IMG/VR virus record: IMGVR_UViG_3300044675_001501
Coordinates: 1 to 64,000 of that record
From: a virus
Taxonomy: Duplodnaviria > Heunggongvirae > Uroviricota > Caudoviricetes
Direction: 5' to 3' (one strand)
DNA length: 64,000 bases
The notes beneath the pieces were generated by a model. That model ran no database searches. It was not told the origin of the DNA and saw only the letters and a list, made by a program, of their open reading frames with translations. Shown piece after piece: positions 44,161 through 54,400 of this stretch; positions within the stretch are counted from its first letter, which is position 1, and the number at the start of each line of letters is the position of its first letter. The translations under genes were made by a program, and so were the position numbers.

Positions 44161-44421
44161 TTAAAAATTTCCGCCATCCATGTCTTGAGCCACGAGGTTT
44201 CTTGACGCAACCCACTTAGTCGCTGGGACATTGTATATTAATAAAGAACCTGTCTCTAAGTTTGAAGAGTCTACGTTAGCAGCCTGTTCTATGGTAAATT
44301 CTTGAAGTGCACCAGAAACACCCTGTATACCAACACTTGGAACTTGAACCTGAGCACCAATAGCGCTTATGGTGGCTGGTATATTCTGTGTTTGAGAAAC
44401 TTTTGCTTTTATGTTACTCAT
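44161..44421 (-). CDS. small structural-module protein (86 aa)
   Basis: The ORF overlaps its neighbour by 4 nt. It ends ..DMDGGNF, which resembles the ..NIEGGTY C-terminus of ORF 41987-44146. Confidence 0.45.
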   Translation of the reverse strand: MSNIKAKVSQTQNIPATISAIGAQVQVPSVGIQGVSGALQEFTIEQAANVDSSNLETGSLLIYNVPATKWVASRNLVAQDMDGGNF

Positions 44422-44756
44422 CTTGTTATCTCTGGCGATATTACTACTATACCTTCCAACACTCTATATTTATCTTGAGTTGTTGTATTTGTTATTTCTA
44501 TATCATAAAGGTATCTTCCTGCTCTCATAGCGGAAGATACCGATGGAGTTAACTGTAGTCTAATCTGACCATTTGTTGGCGTTCCATACACAGATGCTGT
44601 AAAATTAGTAAAGGTTGAAGATTGATATGACTTTCTTATTTGAGCCTGAATGGTAAACCCAGTTAGATTCATAGGACTTCCGTCCTGATTTGTCAAATCA
44701 ATAATCGTACTAAATGTTGTTCCCTGATCAATATACAGATTAGATATTGTTGCCAC
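44418..44756 (-). CDS. small Ig-like/beta-sandwich structural protein (112 aa, GTG start)
   Basis: The pattern G.T....I.L...DG.P..LTG......IR ... G.Y.YD.E ... R.L.G.V...P..T is typical of small phage beta-sandwich domains. GGAG lies upstream of the GTG. Confidence 0.45.
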   Translation of the reverse strand: MATISNLYIDQGTTFSTIIDLTNQDGSPMNLTGFTIQAQIRKSYQSSTFTNFTASVYGTPTNGQIRLQLTPSVSSAMRAGRYLYDIEITNTTTQDKYRVLEGIVVISPEITR

Positions 44757-44773
44757 TTAATTCTCCACTCTCT

Positions 44774-44781
44774 TATTTATT
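44774..44781 (-). promoter_or_regulatory. candidate late promoter (AATAAATA, NATAAATA class)
   Basis: Lies in the 26-bp gap upstream of ORF 44418-44756. Confidence 0.3.
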
Positions 44782-44782
44782 A

Positions 44783-45409
44783 TTATGCAAAGTTGTGGTT
44801 TTCACCGTAGACCCAACCTCTTGCCTCATTATAATAAACAAAAACTCTAGCCTCTCTGGAATCGTTTAGCACAGGATTATCTGTTGACCCAGCCAGCTTT
44901 TTACCATTTAGGTTGATTGTGCAGTTGTTTGTTGCAAAAGTTCCAGCGGCATCAACTATCTTAATAGTATCTCCCATTGAAGCTGTTGCTGGGAATGTAA
45001 CCACAATAGCACCAGCTGTGGTGTTAACGAAATAGTATCCACCAGCTACAGCTGTAAAGTTTGCAGTTTTCTCTTCCCACTGCCCGACGCTAGATCTAGA
45101 AATAGATTGCGCCAGTTTATCTCTTGTAATAGCTCCGTCTGCTACGCTCGGAACGAGGAATTGTTTACCAAGGAAGATGATAAAAACATTACCATTGTTT
45201 ACTGGGGGAGTCGTAAAAACAATTTGACTCCCACCAGATGTAATGTTAAAATCCCTGCCTGGTTTTTGGACTTGCCCATTTCTCACAACAAGCAAAGAAG
45301 CAGCGTTGGAAACCTTATAATCTAAATCAAAAGTCGTAGTTGAACCATCGACTGGAGGTGTTTGCACCTCAAAAATTCCATAACTTGGTTCTCTTCCTAG
45401 ATATGCCAT
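44783..45409 (-). CDS. tail-fibre/baseplate-associated protein (208 aa)
   Basis: The N-terminus, MAYLGREPS...DGSTTTFDL.Y.V.....L.V..NG..Q.PG.DF......I.F..PP, is shared with the N-terminus of ORF 56084-59635. Confidence 0.5.
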   Translation of the reverse strand: MAYLGREPSYGIFEVQTPPVDGSTTTFDLDYKVSNAASLLVVRNGQVQKPGRDFNITSGGSQIVFTTPPVNNGNVFIIFLGKQFLVPSVADGAITRDKLAQSISRSSVGQWEEKTANFTAVAGGYYFVNTTAGAIVVTFPATASMGDTIKIVDAAGTFATNNCTINLNGKKLAGSTDNPVLNDSREARVFVYYNEARGWVYGENHNFA

Positions 45410-45418
45410 TCTAACCTC

Positions 45419-48400
45419 TTATGCCTGTGATTCTGACCAAGTAATACGAGCGGATGCTTGGAACGGAGCAGAACCATTGATAGTTGATGTATCAATTGGT
45501 GTCGCTGTAATAGTCAAGATATCTGGACCGTTAGGGAATGTTTCGTCACCGCCCAAGATCGAGTTACCTAGCTGAGCAACTTCACCAAGCTCTGCTGTTG
45601 TCTGAACTAAACTACGCTGACCAGTTGTTGCGCTAATAATAGAACCACCAGAAGCACGGAACGAGAATAACTGAATACCGTTCTTAATGGTTTCTCCTGG
45701 TGAATGTCTATAGATTTGCGACAATGAAGGAGCAGTATTATTAACGAAGTTACTGTCTGACAAATCAGAGTTCAAGAATAGTTTAATCTCAGATTCATGT
45801 GTCAATAGAACACCGCAAGAGTTTAGAGTCAGTTGCATTCTGTTAATGACATCTCGGAAACCAAGACCTCCAGTTAATCCGTTATCTACAGAAGGGGCAA
45901 GACGGATAGAAACTAGAGGAACTGGAGCAAGAGCAGAAATTGACTGATTACTTGTTCCACCACCAACAATAAAGTTTTGACCACTAGCGCCAACTCCAGT
46001 GATATTGTTTCTAAATCTTTGTGTTAATATGACTCTACTATTTGTGGTTCCTGCAACAATAGAAACAGATTTAACTAAAGTGTTTGCTGGTAAATAGAAG
46101 TTATTAAAATCATTCTGAACAGAAACACTAGAACCAACAATAAACTTAGATGAGTTAGCGTTAGTTACAAGGATAAAATCGTCTCCTCTGTTGATATTAG
46201 TGCTTGCTAATGATGCAACAATCTGAGTACCACCATTCGTTAGCGTAATAACATTAGAGTCAGCAGTAAACAAGTATGCTTTATCGTCATCGAAACGACC
46301 ATCCATAATAACAGAAGTACCCCAGTGGAATAGTTGTGGAGAGAATGTTGGTTCGCCGAATGTTACAACTTCGTAACGTGCTGGGATATTACCAGAACGC
46401 ATATATGCTTCAACGAATTCATTGTTGTGGATAAACTCATGGAAGTAGCGAACTTCACCACGCTGGTCTTTAACACCAAAGCGAATCTTACCAGCACCAT
46501 ACCAAGAGTAGTCAATGTATACCATCTGAATCTTATTAAGGTCTAGGACATAACCGCTTCTTCCGTTTCCGTCTGCCTTATCAAGAGTCCATTGATTTTG
46601 CGGTACTTTTGTATCAATTGTTTTGGTTCCAATAATGTTGGTTAGAGTTGATCCGCGATATTCTGGTTGAATATACATTTGAGTATCACTATCAATTCCA
46701 ATAATTTTGTAAGACATACCACGAATAACAACATATTCTCCAACACTTAGTTGCGTTGTAAATTTAGTTTTTTCTCCAGTGATCAAAGAAGAACGATATG
46801 TTGCATTAATTCTTCCAGAAATCTGCTGGATAGAACTTCTTCTAACGCAATATAACTGCTGTCCATCATACTCAAAGAACATACCGTTTTGAGTGTCAAA
46901 TAAACCACAGCGAACCGCAGCGTCTTTCCAAGAAACTAAGTTAAACTTAGGGAATCCATAAGCAACCGAAGATCCATTCTGTCTGTAGATAGGTAGTCTA
47001 ATTTGTTTTATTACAGTTCCAGAATTCTCTGTTATGTTTACACCCGCTTGAGTATAAGTGAATGTTGTTGAATCAACAACTGTTACTGGAGCAGAGAATC
47101 CATTGAAGTTTGCGCCAACACCAGTGCCAGAGATAGAGATATAATTTCCTGTTACAAGACCGTGACTTGATGAAGTAACAACTGTTACAGTGTCATTTAA
47201 TCTTGAGATAGAAGAAATTCCAACTGTTGGTGAACTTCCTACAACAGTGTTAGACAATGTCAAAACTTTAGTATTTGTATTTACATCAGTAATGATTGTG
47301 TTTGCTGGAATTGTTATACCGCCATATGTTCCTGCTTTTATTGTTTTTCCAACTGCAACACCATTCAAATTCCAAACTGAACCGATAGTATTAGTTCCAT
47401 TTGTCACTGTTCCAAATAATGGTGTGTCTTCATAAACATATGTAAAGGTATACTCGTCAACAACTTCTAAAATATCAAATTGACCATTATAACCATTATG
47501 CCCAGAAGCAACTGTTGCTTCTGAAACTCTTATTCTATTAGTTGTTCCTGGTTTAAATCCATGAGGCGAGTCAACCTTAATCTTAGCAATATTCTCATTA
47601 GATGTAAGCTCTTCGCAATCTGTTGGTGGGTTAAAGTTAATAGCAATAGAAACTTGAATACCCTTACCAGATTGATAGCGGAAATACTTACGAGTCTGAC
47701 GAACTACGCTAGAGTCAGGAACTAGACCAGTAGTCATAGTAACTCCACCATCGAATGGACGATGAGCAGTAGTAGCATTAGACTTAACGTAAATGTTAGT
47801 GTTAATAAAGTATTCAAAAACTGGTTGAATAGAAATTGCATTACCAGCAGCAAAACTTGAATTTAAGTATTCACTAATTGTCAATATGTTACCATTAATT
47901 GCAGTAATTCTGGTATTTGCTTTAAATCTTCCGTTACTATCGAATAGGTAGTAACCAACAGCTAAATCAGCAGCATTGTTTACTGTTATAGTTTGAGATC
48001 CAGTTGTTACTGCTGCGCCAGCTGATACTGTTCTATCAATAATCAAATTAACCTTAACAATTGCGTCAGGAGTAATAGGAGATCTCAACTTAATTGAAGT
48101 ATCAGACTTAACAGAAGAAATGATATAGTTAAAGATTTTACCTGGATTAGCTGCAGTATAGAAACGTAGAACGTCACCACCCTTAAAGTTTGTTAAGAAC
48201 TTAGTTCCGATACCTGTAATAATGTCAGATTCTTCAGTAACAACTACTGTACCCAATCCTCTAGTTAAACCAACAATAGAGTAAGTATCAAAGCTCTGAG
48301 ATCCATTAGTTCCAGCAGTCAAATCGATTGTTGTTGGAGTTGGAGAAACAGCCTCATCGAATGTTGGCGCCAACTTAACAAAGTTAGGGTCAACAACAAC

Positions 48401-51400
48401 AGCATAATATGTCTGACCAGAAACAAGAGCAGTTTGTGTTACACCATCTTTGTCAACATAAGGAGCAGTTGCGATTGGTGTAGCTGATCCAGGTCTATAG
48501 ATTAGAGAAGTTCCATCTCTGAACTTATGGTTCTGAATTCTAATGTAGTCTTGTGTTGTGTTTACTTCAGTGTTTGTAAACGACTTAGTGTTGAATGGAA
48601 TGTTCGAACTTGTCGCAACAACAAAAGTTGTTGGATCAGGAATATCCTCAATAACATAAACACCATCAGCATCAGAAGCTCTAGTAAACACGTGAGTTCC
48701 ATAAGACTTAAATGCAACATTGTCGCCAAGATTCTTATTAGAACCAGTAAAGACTAGAGGTCTTGATTCAGCTGTATACGCAACAGGTAGAGGTGTAGTA
48801 AAATCAAGCCTCAATGCCCAATTGGTTGCGGCATATGGTGGAATAGAACCTAAGAATGTTCTTGGTGGTAGTCTATTAAAGTTAATGAATGTTCCACCGA
48901 ACATACCAGCATGCGTTTGGTTCAGAGTAACAGTAATGTTAGGTGCTGTTCCGCTAAACGCTGTAACATATGTGCCAACTGGGAACGGACTAAATGTAAC
49001 TCTCTGACCAGCAGTAACACCACCGTGGATATCGCTGATAGTAACTGTTGTTCCACTAACTGCAGTTACTGTTACATTTTCTGGGAAGTTAGCCTCTGGT
49101 GAACTTACATATAGACCAGGAATAACAGCACCAGCAATAGTGCCAGTAATAGAAGCATTAGATAGAGCAACAGTTGGTGATGCGCCAACAGTAAAGGTGT
49201 TAAGGATTGGATCAATATCAGTGATCAACAACCCTGTTGCTGCAAGAGTACCAGTACCAGCAGTAACTGCAACAGTCATACCAGTGTTCAAACCAACCGT
49301 TGAAGGAACACGAATAATTGAAGTTGTTGGTGTGCTAGAACCAATACCTGCTGCAATAACAGTACCAGCAAGTCTAGTTGCTGGAGTATTACCAGCAGTA
49401 ATTACACCAGTTGTTGCGTTCGCAGTACCAGTAATTAGAGTTGGTTTTAGTGGGTTAGTTGTTACGATAGACTGAATAACTGTTTGTGTTGCATAGTTTG
49501 TTGCAGTCGCGAACGCACCCTGTCCACCAGTAGCTGTTGAAATTAGAGTTAGTAATTGACCAACTTTAAATCCTGTTGCGCTTGGAACATAGATATCGTT
49601 AGTTAAGTTAGTTCCTGTTCCGCTTGAAACACCAGCGATGAATCTAGCGCCAGATAGTGCAGTAGTAGGAGCATCAGTTAATACAAATCTATTGCTGTCA
49701 ATAATAGCAGCAACTCGAGTATTATTAGCAAGAGCTCCAGCACTGCTAATACCACCTGTAGTAATAGCACCAGTAGCCGTAACTTCAACTGCCATACCCT
49801 GAACTAAACCAGCAGTGCTACTTGTGTAGACCATGTTGCTGTTTAATGTCATTGTACCAGTAGCAGTTGTTAATGTCTTAACAGTACCAGCTACACCACC
49901 AGAAATAGTTTCTGAAACAGTGAAGGTAGTTGCGCTTAGGATCTGCTTAACATAGTAAACAGTATTTGTTAGGATAGTACCGAATGTTGTTCCAGTAAAT
50001 ACTACTGGGGTGTTAACTTCAATATTTGCAGTATTGCCAGAAGTTGTAATAGCATTTGTTACTGAAGAAGTTGCAGTACATGCTAGAGTGACAACTACGC
50101 TACCAGCACCAGCGATAATTCTCTGTCCAAACAATGGTGTTGATGGCGTTTGGTTAACCGTGAATGATTTTCCATCAACTGCAATAGATGTAACATAGGT
50201 AGCTACTGGAGTTGTTACTAGAACGCCAGCTGATCCTGCTACGTTAGTTGCAAGAACTGGAACCATACCAACTTGAAGACCAGTTGTGCTATCGCAGAAA
50301 ATACGATTACCAACAGAACCGAAACCACCTCTAATGATTGAGGTGTTAATTACTGGTTCATCTCCAGTTGTCGAACCAATACTACCAACACGATATGTGT
50401 CTGATGCAAAAACAGTTTCATCTAGATTGTTGTTAGCATCTTTGTATCCAACAATAAATGCAACAGAGCGATATGCTGCTGGGCTATCAGGAACAGTTCT
50501 CTTAGAAACAACAACAGAGCCTTGTGGAAGCCCAGCTGTAAATCCAGCTGTTGTAGCATTAACGTGGTGACCTTCAGTTAGAGTACCGCCACCAGTAAAG
50601 CTGTTACCCCAGAAAATATTACCACGAATATATTGCTGAGAACCAGAACCGTATGTTGTTAATGGAATAGCTGTATTACTTTGGGCATTAACCAAAGATG
50701 ATGCTAGTTGAATGTAGTTTGCATTAACTTTAATGATATAGTACAAGTTACCATTCGTTAATCCACCAATATCATTACCACCGTTGCTGAAATAGCGAAC
50801 TGGGTCGCCTGTTAGATATGGGTGTTGTGGTAGACGAATAGAACTTAGAATAGCCGAAGGTCTTCCGTCAGTGCTTGTATAAACATCATTACCAGAGTCA
50901 GCCTTGAACCCTCTAATGTTAGAGAATCCGCTAGTTCCAGCAACTGCACCAGTAGCAAGGAATACTGCACTACTATTAAATGGAACTGCTGAAGTTACAG
51001 CTGCTGCAGTCTGAACTCTATTTTCTGTATAGATGTTAGCAGTTGAGCTAACTTCGAAAGTATTACCTTCACCAGCAGTAGCTGCAAAAGTTGTAGTTGA
51101 TCTATTACCATCAACATACATATTTACCGCTAGTCCAGTATTTGACTTAACAGTAAAAGTATTAGTGTTTGCAGTAGCAGTAGCTGCAGCAACAGTTGAT
51201 AGGTTAGGTGTTGCTTGTGTTACTTCTTGACCTGCTTGAATCTTAAAGAATGTATAAGATCCAGCAGTAGTAGTCGCAGTATGTGGGGCTGTCAACTCAA
51301 TTTGAGTTGGAGAAAGAATTCTCTGAATTCTAGCGTCTAGATTAATACCAGCGCCAACAACTGGCATACCTGGTTTCAATTCTAATGTGTCAGGAACAAT

Positions 51401-54400
51401 CAAAGTGTATTGATTGATTAAACCTGCATTAGCAGCTAGGGTCTTAGTAACATTAGTGATTTGGGTTGCAGTAGCAACTGTTGCCGTTGTCGATACAGCA
51501 CCAACTATTCCTGCCGCAACAGCTACGTTATTTGCTCCACTATTAGCATCATGCCCAACTGAAGATAGAAGATCAGCTTGAGCAGAGGTTAGAGCCATAA
51601 CAACAATAGAATCTACGTCTATTGTTGCAGACTCATCTGATCCAGTTTGAGCGAAAGTGAACGTATTAGTTCCAGTTGTTGTAATTGTAACAGGAGATGA
51701 AGTATTAAACGAAGTTGTTGGCAACCCCTGAATCATTACAGTTTGTGAATTATTGTAACCATGAGCTTCTTCTGTTGTAATTGTAACAATATTAGAAGCT
51801 CTTACTGCGCTCTGAATATCTCTTGGCTTGAACAAGATTCTTGCTGTTCTAATGTTACTTCCTGTTACTGCAGAAACTTTTGACTCGAATGGAAGAACGC
51901 TACTAGACTTAACTAGATGATTTGTAACAATACCACCACCATTAGCAGAAGGAGTCTTCTTGTCTAATAGTCCATCAATTGCTTTCAAGGTAGTAAATGT
52001 TTTACCAGCAGGAACTGGGGTAATAATTGCACGTCTAGCTGTTACGTTAGCAAAGTCAACATATTTGTAAGCAATACCATACGTTACACCAGTCGCAGCG
52101 TTTTGAGTTACTGCTGGAGCAGGATTAGTAAATACTGGAATGTTAACTGTAATTGTAGAAGGGGAAGCATTAATTACTGGAGTTGCTGGAACAGTAGCAA
52201 CAGTCCAGAATCCATTCATATAAGGAACTGGATTATCACGAATAATAATCGAATCACCAACAGCCAAACTGTGGTTGGTGTTAAAGGTAATCGTCATTGT
52301 TGACGCATTAGCAGTTTTACTTACAGCAGTTATTCCTAGTTCTTGAGTTGTTGTTGAAACTCTAAAGTTGTCAGTATTAACTGCTTTAACGAAGTATTCA
52401 AAGGTGTTTCTCAAACCGTCAACAATTGGAGCACCAGCTGAGTCATAAATGACTGTTTGGTTTGCTAAGAATCCATGATTTGGTTTATAAACAGTGTTAG
52501 CTGTTGCTGAATACTTAACACCAGTAAAGGTGTGAGATCCAGTGCCAAATCCTCTTAGATCAATTAAAGTTCCTGTTGCTCTGTCTTTTAGTTTAAAGCG
52601 GTCGTCAGAAACTTTTTCAACTAGATAACCATTAGAACCAGCAGCAGCCAAACTTGTTGCGCTTGGGCTCTGAATTGCAGTATCTGTTGCAGTATATAAA
52701 ATGTAATCGTTATTTAAGAATCCATGATTAGGGATATAGATAGAATCTGATTCTGCTAAAAGAACAATAGGTGTAATGAACACCTCACCATTAGTTCTAG
52801 CTCCAGGTGTAACTAGAGGATTTGCTGGTCCTGTTGAGAATGTTAAATCAAATCCAGAATTTGTTACAGTTCTAACAAAATAAATTGTGTGAGCAGTATT
52901 ATTAGTTGTTGCATCAGTAGCATTTGTTACTGTAGTATTGGCAAGAGCGCCATTAGCTGTATTATTTGTTACAATAAACGCATCACCAGCAGCAAGACCA
53001 TAAGGGACTCCGCTAACCGATGCATTTAATGTCATAACACTTCCAGCAGAACTTACGAATCTGAAGGATCTTGTTGCTACAAACTTTCTACCCTCAAGAA
53101 TAGTTCCAGTGTTTAGAACAACCCTAGCATTAGAGTTTGTCTGGCTGTATACTGTAGGTAGAGCTGTTGCTAATAAAGCAAAATTATCATCGTCGATTGG
53201 ATAAACGAAATAATTTCTAGATGCTGTTAAAGCAGCTGGGAATGTGTTTCCTGGTGGATTATAGAACCATAGAGCATCACCAAGAGCATATCCGTGACTT
53301 GGTACATTAAAGCAAGAAACTCTAATATTTGGCTGTAGGTTTGCTGCTGTTCCAGGATTGTCAGAGAATGTAATCTTCTGACCATGAGTAATGTTAGCGT
53401 TAATGTTAGCGCTAATTTGAACAGTAACAAAGTTATTTACATCTGGCGCACCAACTGTGTTAACTGTAGCATTGGTTGGGATACCAGTTCCGCTAACAAC
53501 CATTCCAGGATAAATCTGTTTATCGTATAGAGTAGCTTTAAATGTCAACTGGTTTGTCGAACCGCTTGCTCTTGTGCCGCCAGAAAAACCAGAAAGATCA
53601 AGAGCTCTTGTTTCCTGATAAGCGAGAGCACTAATAGATGAATTTCTATCATATGCCCAACCAGCATCAACAACAGAAATTGACGATACACTAGAACCTG
53701 TTACTGTTGTTGAGAACACTGCTGGAGCTGCTGAAAATCTTTGAGCAGTTCCGACGCCACCAGAGGTATATGTAATTACGTTGGTGTTATTTAATGCATC
53801 ATTTCTAGTTGGGTGTAACTGAATTGTTGTTGCTGATAGATTTCTAACATATAAACTTAAACTACTTGCGATGAATACATTTCCTGGCAAGAATCTACCA
53901 GTAGCGTTGTTAAAACAACCAGAACCAATATTAGTAAACTTGATGAAGTTTCCACGTAGAGCATCTGAGTATGTAGCAGCAAGTCTAAAATTATCCGCAT
54001 CAATTCTAATTACAAAATACGGAGTAGAATCAGTTAGACCACCAATAACTGCTAGTGCTGGAGAGTTAGCGTTAACTGTTCCAGAAGCAGTTACAACTCT
54101 TCTGTAATAAACTCTATCTCCAGTAACAAATCCGTGATCATCAGTTCTGATGATGCTTGTTTGAGAAGAGATAGAAGCTGCGTACCAAGCAGTAGTAGCA
54201 TTAAAACTAATACCTGTTGAAAGGTTATAAGGGAACTCAATAACAATTGTTAAGATATTGTTTTGAATTTCATAAGAAGAAATTCTAGTTCCTTCTGGTG
54301 TTAATAATGTAGGAGCTGTTGTAGTCGTAGCGCTAATAGACCAAAGTCTTAATTCCTGACCAATTTCAATCTTACCATAATAAGATAATGGATCACAAGT

